Made by a program: the position numbers and the translations under genes. A DNA stretch of 63,549 nucleotides, the filler included, from Craspedostauros australis (taxonomy: Eukaryota): the NCBI GenBank assembly GCA_030167865.1. It is 8 parts of 8 records of this genome, joined end to end, with 100 filler letters (N's around TTAATTAATTAA, not from the genome) between each part and the next. Parts side by side here need not be neighbours in the genome. Positions count along the whole stretch, not along the records: positions 26,641 to 45,256 come from JALAGF010003670.1; positions 45,357 to 59,798 come from JALAGF010003671.1; 6 more parts are not named here. The stretch is one strand, 5' to 3'. Of the stretch, positions 36,001-47,770 are shown in pieces. A model generated the notes under the pieces. That model had not been told where the DNA came from. It saw nothing but the letters and a program-made list of their open reading frames with translations, and ran no database searches. Within the stretch, counting starts at the first letter, position 1; each line of letters starts with the position of its first letter.

Positions 36001-36165
36001 GTGGAAGTGTCGAAAGAGAAGAGTCCCAAGGTGGCGCAACTCATCGAGGAGGTCTGTCCTGAGGTTGGGTGCCCGCCAGGTGTCAAGTGTGATGCCGATG
36101 GCAACAGGATCGAAATAGAGGTCACCACGCCGGAGGTGGCAGCTGCCAACGTCACTAAAAGCTAA
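33012..36165 (+). CDS. Plastid-targeted K+/H+ antiporter (CPA2, KEA/KefC family) with KTN/TrkA-N domain, 2 exons
   Basis: Exon 1 33012-33248 (signal peptide ending VDA-F, Ser/Arg-rich transit; GAT|GTGAGT), exon 2 33670-36165. LAELGIVFFLFEMGIE, LALSSSA, LLFQDLAVVP and QGGEFAFV motifs; VVGYGAVG Rossmann motif. Confidence 0.93.
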
Positions 36166-36809
36166 GTGACTGTCATCGTGCTGTGGATTGAGTGAGAGAG
36201 CGGTTGAGCAATTGAGCGCTCGGGTTCTGCCGTGCAATCGATGGACGAGCCAACATAGCCATACCATACCAGGGAAACGGAAGAACAGATAGGAGTACGT
36301 ACAGTAGTCAGCATCGTGCAAGTTCGTAAGAGTAGAGATCAGATTTGCTTTTTTCTCTGCTCTGCTATCCTCTTGTCGATGTCATGTAGCGCTTTTTGTC
36401 AGAGTGCGAGCATGGCGCCGTGCTCCATCCAAGTCTGACACAGATCGATGTCGAAGGAACGAGAACATGCTGAAGAGAGAGAGAGTGTGTGTGTGGTTGT
36501 TTGGCAACAATCTAAGCTTGTGATGGCCGAAGCGCACGGTGATGCGCGGCCCACCGCTGCACCATACGAGAAGAGCAGCAAAGTCCTGTTCTATGTGCCA
36601 TACATACCGGCGAATAGCCCACACTCCATTGCCATGTTCTGCGATGGTGAAACACAGTTTGGGCGTGTGCTGTTGGTTCTGTTGCTATCATTTTATCATG
36701 TTTGGGAATGGGCACATCCTCATCATCGACACCATCGACACCACTGCCGCGATCATCTTTGCTGTGCTGTCACATCAGGATGAGAGCACAACATCGCGAT
36801 TGTTCTACT

Positions 36810-38762
36810 CTACGCCATTCTCAGCTGGTAGTCGCCGTTGGCCGTGATGTATCGCACCCACGGCAGTGCTTGGTATCCGCTCTTTTCGATGATTTTGAGA
36901 TAACGTACTTGAATGCCGCTGACTGTGAAGTAAGGTATTTCGAACTTGACCCGGATGGGGGCCTTCCATGAATTCTCGCCCTTCTTCTTGCCGTCGACAT
37001 CGACGTCCGAGGCGCTGATCGATGGCAATCCAAAGTGCGCTCGCATGAGGTATTCTCTGCCACCGTGGAACTGTTTTATGGTCCAGACGACGGCATCCTT
37101 GTCTGGCAGGTAGGTGACGCTTCCGACGGACGATTTGAAGGATGGCGAGTCGACGTCCGGCGGAACGGGGATGATGATCTCGACGTTGTTGGCAACTGAT
37201 CGCGACTTGAACTGGGATCGCGTTTTGATCATGTATTCGATGCGGGATCCCTTGTGAGGCTCGACGACGGCCTCGACCCAGATGAGTGGCTTGACGTGCG
37301 TGTCGAGACGGTAGGTCATGAGGTCAAATTCGCCATCCGGCGGGATGAAGGAGATGGTGCGATCATTCTCGAAGCGGGCGAGTCTGACACACTGGTGGAA
37401 CTTGATGTCCTCGAGCTCCACAGCCTTGCCGCTGCGCGCCTGGTTGGACCGGCCGGTGGCTTCGAACATGAGCTTGTCGTTGAGACCGAGCTTGAGTTCC
37501 GGCATTCCGGAGAGGAAGGACTTCATCTTGACGGCTCCGTTGATCTCCGAATGCAGCACGGTGCCGTTAGCGGCGACCAGCAGGTTGAGCTTCTCCACGA
37601 CGTCCAGGAAGATCTCGTTCTTCTTATGCTTGATGCCCTCGGCTCTCCATGAGACGGCGTTGGTGAGGGCGACCGGTGGCTTCGACTTGGCATCCTCCGA
37701 CATTCGGTTTGCGTCCTGCGTGATGAAGGTTCGTAGGATGTTGGAATCCAACGACTGCGGCATGCCATGATCCATGGTCTCATCAAGGAGCTCGTAAATG
37801 ACGACGAAGTTATCACGGATAGACTCCTCCTCCAGCGAGCCGAAGTAATCTTTGAAGAGCTGTGCGAGTTGGTAAAGGTAAGTCAAGATCAAGGCGACGT
37901 TGGAGTTTTTGGTGGTGACTGCGCACAGATACAGATTGGTGTGCTGTGCTCGTCGGGATCAATGGAGTATCAACATGGCAGAGTAATCGTAGAGTTGAAC
38001 ACATTGGATTGTGTGCGATGGAGCACGGAGTGTGTATGGTGCGATGATTCGAGGAATGCGTTGCACGAAAGACATGGCATATGCACCACCCCACGGCGAA
38101 GCGAAGCAAAGAATGGTATCATGAAGTGGATCAGTATTGATCCGTTGCGATAGGATAAATGAGGTGCAGATCGCGTTGTTGTTGTCGTCGTCGTCGCCGT
38201 TGTGCATTCATGGCCATCGTTGAGAGAGGCAAAGATGATCCATTGATTCGACGGAGTGAACCAATGCATGCCGAATGAATAGCATGGAACGAGTGAGAGA
38301 GTGAGCGATTGTTCGACGGAAAGAAGTGACAGTTGCGGTGGTGACAACGTGATCCGGCGCACGCATGAAAGCCATGACTGGAACATCCATGAAGAAGATC
38401 GTTTCTTCCAACCAGCGGCTCCTGATGACGCAATGGAGATGATCCGCAGGATGCTCCAATGCCTTCAAGACAAGCCGGACCACCACAGCAACGAATCCGC
38501 ATGGCGTAGTGCCGTGTAAATGAATTACCTGTATGTAAACGAAGGTCTCCCCTCCAGGACCGGAGCCTCCAACCTCCTCGCCAGTTTCGATATCCCCAGA
38601 CGTATCCACGCGAAACACCGGCTTCTTGACCTCCTCTTCCACGTCCGTGAGGTACGTTGCGAAGCGTTCTATGGCCTTTGTCAGCGGCACATCTCCCCTG
38701 TAATTGCGGCTGATGATCGCCTTCCCTTGAAGGTCTGTGATGAAGACAGCGGATGCCACCAT
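36810..38762 (-). CDS. AP1M1: AP-1 clathrin adaptor mu subunit, 2 exons
   Basis: Exon 1 38762-38529 (MVASAVFITDLQGKAIISRNYRGD; CAG|GTAATT), exon 2 37943-36810. EESIRDNFVVIYELLDE, KFHQCVRL, SFIPPDGEF and YQALPWVRYIT motifs. Confidence 0.96.
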
Positions 38763-39781
38763 GATTGCCTTTGTTGGATATCGCGTGGAGTTGAGTGGAG
38801 TGAAGTAGCTGTAGTACAGCGAAGCACGGCACAATAGGGTCGGGTGTTGGACTGGAGTAGTGGATTCTTCGGTTGTCTTTTGTCTGATTCCAATCTTCCT
38901 CAGATGTCGCGGTTGTCTTTGGTCGATGATTCGGTTGATGTGTGGATTGTTCTGCTTCAATCAAACCTTCGTATCCTCTCGCTCTCTGTCGTTACTCGTG
39001 CCAGTACCACACACAAGAAGTATCTCTGATGCGCTCTCTGGTCTGTCCCGTGGTTGGGTTCATCGGCGTCACAGTCCTCACGCAGTTGCCCTCTCTTGTC
39101 GTTGTTGTTTTCGCCGCCAACCGGGATTTGGCAATGACCATGGTCGGATCATCATTTGCCTTCGTCGTCGTGTGTTACTTCGTGTTGTCGTTGGCGCAAA
39201 GTGTGTCATTTCCGACTTCACCGACTGAATCCGACTATTTTTTTAATCGGATGAATCAAGGGTGCTTGGTTCTATTTTGGGGGGAGTTTCGCGCCTGGCG
39301 ATCCCACAGTTTTGAATTTTGGGGGCGGTATCAGTTAAAGTGGGTTGGCGGGTTTGAAGCAAACACGAGCGACCAAAACACGCGCCGACCTGCAAATCAC
39401 AACCAACGCGAAGAGGCCAAAAGTGCGGAAAACACCACGTGACGCGGCGCGACACAACGCATCGCACAACGCATCACACAACACATCGCACAAAACACAA
39501 CAAGAAACAGAAACGCCAATGCTGGACGTCCTCCGCGGTCATCATCATCATTCCATCCCATCTCGTTTCATCCCATCTCGTTTCGTCTTCTTTCGTCTTC
39601 CAACCACAACAACCGGCCACACTATAATAACATATAATCGTACGATTACTCTGTGTGGATTGGTGCTGAACCATACCAAGCTCCGATAGCAGCACAAGGA
39701 AGATCGCACCACAAATATTTGCAGGAGCACCAAGACGAACATTTCCCCGCCAATCAAGCACAACACTCACGAACCGCCGAA

Positions 39782-41458
39782 ATGCCAGGCCAGGGCGAAT
39801 CGCAAGCGGGGAGCGGCGTTGCATCGATGCATGCGGAGAACGATCCTCCGGCACCGCTCGATGTGGATGAGGACGGCATCTTTTACGAAGTGGAGAAGAT
39901 CATGGGCAAGCGCAAAAGTCGCGGCAGAACGGAGTACCTGGTCAAATGGAAGGGCTACGCAGAGGCGCACAACACGTGGGAGGCCGTGGGGAATCTGTGC
40001 GAGTCGGCCTATCAGGAAGCGATGCAGTTCTCCAAGAATGAGAGAAATCGCAAGCGCAAGGCCGAGCTAAGTCTGCGAGACCTGTACGAGGAGGATTCGC
40101 GCCGGGTTGCGACCGAGGAGGATCGCGAGGCGACCCAGTGGAGCGACGGGACGCGGAACGAATCGGCGTCGGCAGAACAACCCAGCAACCCTCACATGCA
40201 TCGGCTCAAGTTCCGAGAGGTTCAAAAGTACGACGCGCAGAGCCTCGAAACACCCGCGTTGGTTCAGGAGGCGCGGGAGCATGGCACGCCCTTCATTCTG
40301 TACAACCACCGCCGATGGCCGATCTTCACGGATCGATGGCTGCGACGAAAACCGCACAAGGATGGAGCGCGACCAGCTGTGGCACCGCCGTCGCCATCAT
40401 CCACACTGAGAGCACCGGGGGTCACCGATGTCAACAATTCCAATGATGACGACAGTGATGATGCGATGCCATCTGCCCAGTACGAGGTCAATGTCAACGC
40501 CATGATCCGCCACATCGGAGATGAGCTCGTGCCCATCCTGCGGCACGACTACAACGAGACGGAACCGATCAAGCACACGATTGAAGCGGCGCATTTCTTG
40601 CAGAACTTCTGGCCGAAGCATGACAACGATGCGCGAGACACGGAGGCACCTCGCAACTACTTGCACCAATGGCAATTCCCCCTCTCGCCGACGGCGTCCT
40701 ACAAACTCTGTCGCACGCCGACGTGCGATCCGCTCCCAAACAAGATTCTCGGCCAGGACCTGCTCACCTACTGGCTGGAATCCAAGGTCAATCCCTTCCA
40801 GTACATCTTCATGGGCGATGTGGACACGGCGAGCAAGCTGCATGCCGACAGTGGTGGTCTGGACATCCTCATTGCGCCCGTGGTGGGCAAGAAGGAATGC
40901 CACCTCATGCACAAGGTGGACGGCGATCGTTTCGCCTGCGGCTACGATGCGGATCTCAGCACGGGGTACGTCGACGCGAACAAGCACCCGCGATCGCAGT
41001 TTGCCAGAGTATGGAAGACGGTGGTGTCGCCGGGGGAGATTCTGTTCCTGCCACAGGGGACGCACCACCAATGCAAGAACATCGAACCTTGCCTGTCGTA
41101 TTCCAGATTCCATCTTGACACCAGAAACATCCAAGGCTTCGTCGATTCCATGTTCGAGGATGACGCTCCCGAGATCGACCACGATCAGGTCATCTGGAAT
41201 TGCATCGCCGACTTGACGAACTACGTGCTGGTCTTCGAGGAGCGCTTCCAGGCGATGTCCGACGAAGAGAAGCAGGCTCTGAAGATTCCGACTGAGTTCT
41301 ACCAGCACATTGCCGATCTGGGCGTCCTGCGACACATTTGCAAGGATGTCATCCAGCGCATGCGCAACATGCCTCGCAAGTCCACCTTGCGCAAGGAATG
41401 GAGAAATTGGACGAAACTTCTCAAGGACATCGACAACTGCTTGTCGCTAGTTGCGTGA
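39782..41458 (+). CDS. Chromodomain + JmjC-domain 2-oxoglutarate oxygenase (start uncertain; frame open from 39653)
   Basis: Chromodomain FYEVEKIMGKR..EYLVKWKGYAEAHNTWE; JmjC FMGDVDTASKLHADS..VGKKEC..PGEILFLPQGTHHQCKN with HxD...H triad. Confidence 0.88.
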   Translation: MPGQGESQAGSGVASMHAENDPPAPLDVDEDGIFYEVEKIMGKRKSRGRTEYLVKWKGYAEAHNTWEAVGNLCESAYQEAMQFSKNERNRKRKAELSLRDLYEEDSRRVATEEDREATQWSDGTRNESASAEQPSNPHMHRLKFREVQKYDAQSLETPALVQEAREHGTPFILYNHRRWPIFTDRWLRRKPHKDGARPAVAPPSPSSTLRAPGVTDVNNSNDDDSDDAMPSAQYEVNVNAMIRHIGDELVPILRHDYNETEPIKHTIEAAHFLQNFWPKHDNDARDTEAPRNYLHQWQFPLSPTASYKLCRTPTCDPLPNKILGQDLLTYWLESKVNPFQYIFMGDVDTASKLHADSGGLDILIAPVVGKKECHLMHKVDGDRFACGYDADLSTGYVDANKHPRSQFARVWKTVVSPGEILFLPQGTHHQCKNIEPCLSYSRFHLDTRNIQGFVDSMFEDDAPEIDHDQVIWNCIADLTNYVLVFEERFQAMSDEEKQALKIPTEFYQHIADLGVLRHICKDVIQRMRNMPRKSTLRKEWRNWTKLLKDIDNCLSLVA

Positions 41459-41779
41459 AGTTGGGCTGGGGCATTGTAACGTAAGAGCGCTTCTCGTGAG
41501 TAGCATGAGTAAAACTGTAGAGCAAAAAGGCGCATAGTAGAGTGCACGCTGGTGGAGCACTTTTGTTGTTGTTGCTGTTGTTGTTGTTGTTTGATGGAAA
41601 TGTTCATCGGATTTCGGTGCTAACGGTGTTATACTTCGTTGGTGAGTCAAGTGCTTGATCAGCTATTTTATTGTCGGAGTGCTTTCTGCTTGTTTACTCT
41701 CACCTGTTCGTGTCCATGGAGATGGTATCAGTACTGCAGTGATACGCCATGCAAGCGGACACTGAAACGAGCAAGGATG

Positions 41780-43504
41780 CTACTCCATCAGATCATCGTC
41801 CAACGGACCGCACCACTCGGCGAGGTCATCGAGCGACGCATTGACGATGGACATGTCATCGAACAGCTGAACGGCTCCTTTGCATCTCTTGGAATCGCGC
41901 TCCAACAACTTCCCCTTGCCAAACTTATTCCTGCCCATCAGAATGACGGCATTGCCACCAGCTTTGGGCAGCGCCGTTTCCAAATGCCGTTCCGACGCAG
42001 AAATCACGTCGCCGTTATGGTCCATCCGCAACGTCGCCTTGCCGCTGTGCGGGATGTCCATCACGACGCCCTTCTGTTTATAATGCGAGCTGCCGAACTT
42101 CTTGCTGATCACACGCACGCGAATATTCGTGATGAGCCAGGATTGAGCGTTGCTGCTGGACGGTTCGTCACGGCGCTTCTTTGAGTCGGTGGATTTGCGA
42201 TCACGTTTCTTTTCGCGACGATCGTCATGCGATGCCGATCTCGAACGGCGATGACGGTCGTTGTGATCATCCTCATCGTTGTCGTCATTATCGTCTCGTC
42301 GACGTTTGTGCCTGGAACGGCGATCGTCGCGCGACGACCTGTCCTCATCATCGCGATCGTGTTTGCTTTTGCCTTTCTTGTCTTCAGAATCAGGTTTGGA
42401 ATCCTTGACGGCAGCTGGTTCCGCCTCGCGGAATGGATCTTGATTGAGATCGCGGCGCTCCACCAATTCGATCGTCCCCTTCTTGACTGTCTCTGCTTCG
42501 CTTTCGTCTTCAAATTGCACGAGGACCATGTTCAATCCTGGCACGCCCTGCAATTTCTTCATCATGGCACGTCGTCGGTGTTGGTTCTTTCGACTGCTGC
42601 TGCTGCCGTTGCTGCTTAACGACACCCACACGATACTGCCGATTTGCATCGTCTTCTGCTTATCCATGAGTACTTGCTGCTCCTTCTGACGCTGGAATTC
42701 CTTCTGCTGCTCCTTGAGACGTCGCTCCTTCTCGGCCTGATCCTGCCGACGCGGCCTGCGAGAATGAGTCTGCGGCGCGTCTGACTCCATGAGCTTCGGT
42801 ATGGCACCCAGCCCCAAACGTGATGGGCGTGGCATTTGCATGGGCGCGTCGTTCGTGTCCGATTTACCCTTGGAATCGTCCTGCCCGGCCCAGCCCATGC
42901 CTCTCAGCAGAGCTGCTCCGAAATCGCGAATGGGAACCCTGCGGTAGGCGTCGGACTCGACGTCCAGCTCCGAAGACAGCTTGTTGAGCTCATTGTCCAG
43001 CTGCGCCTTGTCGGAATCCTTGTCATTGCTCTTGTTGCGCTGGAACTTGTCCTTCTTGGCCTGGATGATGAGATCGTCGTTGACATCGTCAGCCTTCTTG
43101 GATCGCTTTTTGTTGGAGGCATCATCCTTCAGCGCCTGAATGGCCGCGAGGTCATCGTCCTTCAGTTTGGATTGAGGATCCTTGTTATCGGCATCGGCAG
43201 TTGCATCAGCGTCGTTGCCACCTGCATTCTCACCATCGGCCTGCTCCTGAAGCGATAATCGCGAATCCTGCTGCAATGGGATCACGAGAGGTGCCTTTGG
43301 CAGATCGGCGTTGATCTCCTCCACTTCGATGGATCGTTTCAGCTCAGCAGCTCCAAAGTCATCCTTCAACGCCGATGACGACGATGCTGATCCTGTTGCT
43401 TTGGAAGACGGGTGAGACGACGACTTCGATGAGGACGACTTGCTCTTTTTCTTCTTCTTCTTTCCGCCCAGAGCGAAGCTGAGCTTCTTGTCGCTGCTCC
43501 CCAT
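41780..43504 (-). CDS. G-patch and KOW domain spliceosomal protein (GPKOW/Spp2/MOS2-like)
   Basis: YRRVPIRDFGAALLRGMGW..RPSRLGLGA matches the Spp2-type G-patch; C-terminal WLITNIRVRVISKK..YKQKGVV..LETALPK matches a KOW/KIN17-like domain. Confidence 0.9.
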   Translation of the reverse strand: MGSSDKKLSFALGGKKKKKKSKSSSSKSSSHPSSKATGSASSSSALKDDFGAAELKRSIEVEEINADLPKAPLVIPLQQDSRLSLQEQADGENAGGNDADATADADNKDPQSKLKDDDLAAIQALKDDASNKKRSKKADDVNDDLIIQAKKDKFQRNKSNDKDSDKAQLDNELNKLSSELDVESDAYRRVPIRDFGAALLRGMGWAGQDDSKGKSDTNDAPMQMPRPSRLGLGAIPKLMESDAPQTHSRRPRRQDQAEKERRLKEQQKEFQRQKEQQVLMDKQKTMQIGSIVWVSLSSNGSSSSRKNQHRRRAMMKKLQGVPGLNMVLVQFEDESEAETVKKGTIELVERRDLNQDPFREAEPAAVKDSKPDSEDKKGKSKHDRDDEDRSSRDDRRSRHKRRRDDNDDNDEDDHNDRHRRSRSASHDDRREKKRDRKSTDSKKRRDEPSSSNAQSWLITNIRVRVISKKFGSSHYKQKGVVMDIPHSGKATLRMDHNGDVISASERHLETALPKAGGNAVILMGRNKFGKGKLLERDSKRCKGAVQLFDDMSIVNASLDDLAEWCGPLDDDLME

Positions 43505-43979
43505 CGTTGGATTCGTACGCGTATTGATTGATGGCTTGTCTTATCTTGGCTTGTCTTGTCTTGGATTTTCTTTGCTTGGCTTGATTGTCCGTATGTGCGC
43601 AGATACAAGGCTGATACAGATCTGGCACTGGTATTATCGCGCTTGTGTGCGTTGTTTGATCTGTTCCTTTTGTTTTGTGTGATTGATTCGATGAGCGCAG
43701 AATCGATTGGTTGGTGGTCGTTGTTTCGACGATGGGTTTGCGGTAAATATTGTATTTACGTAAATATTGTTTCCACACAATATGTTTGTAGTTTTTATTT
43801 CACCACAGATCCAAATAGGACTCGCGGTAATATGTGTATATATCTTTGTTTGGAACATATCTTTTTACAACGAAATCGGCAAAACAACGACGTGTTCCGA
43901 ACCATGGACGACAAGTCGAATGCAACTCAACTCAACTCGACTCAACGCAATGCAATGCAATGGAACATGATTCAATGAG

Positions 43980-44885
43980 ATGGTTGGGATCAGAAGAAGA
44001 CAAGCAGGTGACGTTCCAACAGTATGCATCATATGTGGGAAATGGAAGCGGGCTTTGCTGGTTGCGATTGGTCTCATCATCATCGCGTTGACACATGTGA
44101 TGATGTCATGGTCCAACCTCTCTGAGACGGTGGAGACTGATGGCGCCAACACGAAGGATATGAATCAGCAGCAGCAAGATCCGCAGCAAGATCCGCATCG
44201 AACAGATGAGCACTTGATCGCTGTGGTCGTGGGCCTTCCAAAGGCAGGAACCACGAGTCTGTACAATCTCTTCCATTGTTCAGAATACCACACATCGCAT
44301 TACTGCTGCTGCGGATCCAACAAGACAGAATATCCGTGTTCCGATCTTCACAATGAAGCTTCGCACATGCCCTTCCAAATGAGCGAGAAGATGCGACAGA
44401 ATCTAGCATCAGGTCAGCCCATACTCTCGGGCGTTGGAGATGGGATCGAAGTCCACGCGCAGATGGATGGAGAGACCATGGACGGAGGATACTTCCTCCC
44501 GCAATATTATCATCTCGAGGCGTTGCATCAGGCAGCACCGAACGCCATCTGGATCCTCAATCATCGTGATCCGCAAGGCTGGGCATCGTCTGTCCTCGGA
44601 TGGTTGGACATGGGACGGCGGATACGTCGCGAATACAAGCGGCATGCTGCGGATTCCAATTCCACCGACCGCCTTAGTCTCAACGACTTCCTGCTATGGT
44701 TTCATCAATCGCATCTGCAGACGGTCAGATCATTTGTCCGCGATCACCGCACGCATGTCCTCATCGATGTGGACATCACTCATGATGATATCGTGGAACA
44801 AATCACGAAGCATGTCCAAGTCAATCGGCCCTGTTGGAAGAAGCACAACTCTGGCCCATTCTTTCAATCTGCGAAGTTCGATTGA
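43980..44885 (+). CDS. Type II membrane sulfotransferase-like P-loop protein
   Basis: N-terminal TM (ALLVAIGLIIIAL); VVGLPKAGTTSL resembles the 5'-PSB loop; ILNHRDPQGWASS resembles the 3'-PB motif. Confidence 0.7.
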   Translation: MVGIRRRQAGDVPTVCIICGKWKRALLVAIGLIIIALTHVMMSWSNLSETVETDGANTKDMNQQQQDPQQDPHRTDEHLIAVVVGLPKAGTTSLYNLFHCSEYHTSHYCCCGSNKTEYPCSDLHNEASHMPFQMSEKMRQNLASGQPILSGVGDGIEVHAQMDGETMDGGYFLPQYYHLEALHQAAPNAIWILNHRDPQGWASSVLGWLDMGRRIRREYKRHAADSNSTDRLSLNDFLLWFHQSHLQTVRSFVRDHRTHVLIDVDITHDDIVEQITKHVQVNRPCWKKHNSGPFFQSAKFD

Positions 44886-44972
44886 TGGCCACACGAAGAG
44901 CATGCGTCATGACAACCGCGGAAATCAAGCTCATAATCTGCTCTACAACAAGATCTAACCTCGCAATTCAAC

Positions 44973-45256
44973 TTGGGACGTCGTCGCCATCATCATCAAG
45001 GGCATCCAATCCCTTCATGTCGTCGGAAAGAGCTCACGACGGGTGGCATGACCACATCAGCAGCCGATCACAAGAAATTCACCAACAGCAGCAGTAGCAA
45101 CGGAAATGAAAGTGGGATTTCGGAGCAATCGGGAACCAAGGCAGAAGGAGAGGCAGAGACGGAGAGTGGGACGGCAGAGAATGATGACAGCAAGGTTGAG
45201 CTATCAGCTGCCGAGATAGAACGGCGGAGGAAACGGAATGCGAAGAAGCGAGCGAA
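44973..45256 (+). pseudogene. Degenerate inverted fragment of the Ubc6-type E2 gene
   Basis: Aligns to the reverse complement of about 31890-31418, with single-base insertions and an internal deletion; 45173-45256 is identical to the reverse complement of 31418-31501. Confidence 0.8.
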
Positions 45257-45356
45257 NNNNNNNNNNNNNNNNNNNNNNNNNNNNNNNNNNNNNNNNNNNN
45301 TTAATTAATTAANNNNNNNNNNNNNNNNNNNNNNNNNNNNNNNNNNNNNNNNNNNN

Positions 45357-47093
45357 CTGCGCACTCGGCATGGACTGATGAGGCCGGGCCAGCCAAGGAA
45401 AGTCGACCGCGCTCAATCGCTCAATGCGGCTATCAGTCAACGTCGACTTCTGCCCGTTGGAATGCAGTCGGTACTGCCGACGCTGGGCCTTTGCCCAAAT
45501 GCCGAGGGAAGGGTTCTCGTCGCACTGGGTTGGCACGTTCGTGTGGCCGTGCTTGTCTCTGTACGTCATCAGATCATTGAAGCGCTTCTCCCATGCTTCC
45601 CCGTGCGAATCCCACACGAAACCAAGCCGCTCCAGCTTCCTCTGCCTCTCGTCTGTCAAAGTGGAACGTTGTCCTTCGTTCTTCTGCTTGTGCTGGTATC
45701 GCTGCCGCTTCACCCAGTGGGACAGCGTCTTGTCATCCTTCGGCTCGACGATGCAATGCCTGTGCTGCTTGTGGAAGGCGACGAGCTCGTCGTATCGGGC
45801 GTTCCATTGATCCGATTGGTACTGACGGAACTTGATGCTCTTCGTTGGCGGAGCCGACCGCATCCTCTTTCTCGGTGATCGCTGTGTGGGTGTGGGTGCG
45901 CGTGTAGATGTGCGCCCAGTTGCCTCGACGATCTCTTGTGGGAACGTTTCGACTTGGCATGGAGCACCTCGAATGGATGTGATGATGCTGTTGTCCACGA
46001 AGGAGTAGAGGTGGGTTGGATCGGCGGAACGCTTGAGCAGTGATGGGGTCTGAGACTGCGGCTGTTCGAGGCCATGATGGCATCCATGGGTGTTCTCAGG
46101 AGAGGTGTCGGTATCAATCGGGATGTCATCGAGCCAGGATTCTTCGCCGGCGTCGTCCCAATCTTCCAGCTGCAGAGTCTCGAAATGGAACCTTGTGGGC
46201 ACGGGCATCAGGTCGCTCCCTCTGGCTTTCTTGATGGGTGAAGGCTGGCATGAGGACGGCAATTCCTGGAATGGTATTGCTACATCAACGAGGGAACGAT
46301 GATGACGATCATGTGCTGCGAGGCTGGGCTGTCCATCAAAGCAGAGGTACTGCCGTGGCAGGCGTTGTGTCTGCTGTGTCTGTTGTGTGCGTTGCTGATG
46401 ATGTTGCTGATGATGTTGCTGGTGCGGATGGTGATGCTGCGCGAGAGAAGGAGCAAGAGGAGAAAGGGGAGGCAAGTGCGACAGATGAAGTGCTTTGGTT
46501 GTTGTTGTTGGTGGTGGTGTATGTGATATCTGTGATGTCTGTGACGATTGCGATGGTCGTCTTCCGTGTACGACTACTCCTGCTGTTGGTGATAGCGTCG
46601 TTGTAGTTGATGAGACCGAAGATGAAACCGAAGATGAAACGAAGACATCACTGAGAAAGTTCTGGATTTCGTGCATTTGTTCCGAGCTCCGAAAGGTCTC
46701 CGTGATGCCCACGAATGAGACACCCTTGACTGACTCACATCCGATGGGGGATGGTTCCAGCATGCTCGATTCTTCGTGATGGTTGGCGTTGCGCGAAGAG
46801 TTGATGTTGGTGCTGGTTCTGGTGCTGGCGACGTGACCGTGATTGCAGTGATTGCAACGACTAATTGTAGACTGCTTCTGACACGTGCCGCAACTGCTCG
46901 ACGTTGTAGTTCTTTGGTTCGATTTGATCGAGGTGATGTCGATGTCGGCGTTGGTTCTGCGGGAACCTTGGGTGGCACACTTTTCCTTGGTGCTGTGTCG
47001 GGCGGTGTCGATGGCGATGGCGGTGCTGGTGACGGTACTTCCAGTTGCGCGTATCTGTAGATTCCGAGAGAGGTTCGAGGTACGCCGTGACAT
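45357..47093 (-). CDS. Helicase-associated (HA) domain protein, two C-terminal HA repeats, 3'-truncated
   Basis: QWNARYDELVAFHKQHRHCIV..LSHWVKRQR..ERQRKLERLGFVW and AWEKRFNDLMTYRDKHGHTNVP..LGIWAKAQR..RIERLSAVDFPW. Confidence 0.9.
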
Positions 47094-47770
47094 TCCTCAA
47101 CAAGCAGTGTCCGATTGTTGGCGTCGTTGTTCAGTCAAATGGACGATGGATGGGTTGATGGATGTGGATTTTTATGATCGGAGACCATTGTCGATCCACG
47201 ATACTGATCCACGATACTGGTCATGATGTTGGTTGGCACGACTGTAGGTAAGAAGTCGCCATTCCTCTGCGCAACGCAAGATGGAGAGTACGATGTTTGG
47301 TTCCTGACGACTCAAAAAGTTGCGTTCGCTTGCTCTCGTCATCATCGTCGTGTCGTCGTCATCATCCAAATGATTGATTACGTTGGCAATGGCGGCATCA
47401 CTTGTGGCTGTTTCCCTTTTGATTTTGCTTGTGCGTTTGCTTTCGGTCTGTTGCGTTGGTTGGGGGCGGTTGAGGTGTTTTGTGAGGCAAAAACCAGCAA
47501 CATCCTCATTGCGTGTGCGTTTGTGTCCGTGTTTCTGTGGGCAGAAAGAGTTGTGCCGAGTCGCCTTCGATGAGTTGTTCCGTTGTTCCGTGCGGTTCTA
47601 TCAAGCATGTTCACTTATGGTCAGTAACGATGGTGAATGTGTGTTGATGGTTGCACTAAGTGACATGACATGTGAAAGACACAAAATATATCGTTTGTTG
47701 TTGGCGTCAATGGTTGTTCGCGCACATCGTGATGAACAGCACCTTTCCGGCGAAGTCGAAGCGGTTGAAT
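45357..47770. repeat. Left arm of a large inverted repeat (partner about 57390-59798)
   Basis: 45357-47583 mirrors 59798-57572 (coordinate sum 105155) with identical ORF sets; a further ~190 bp aligns with substitutions and indels. Confidence 0.93.
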
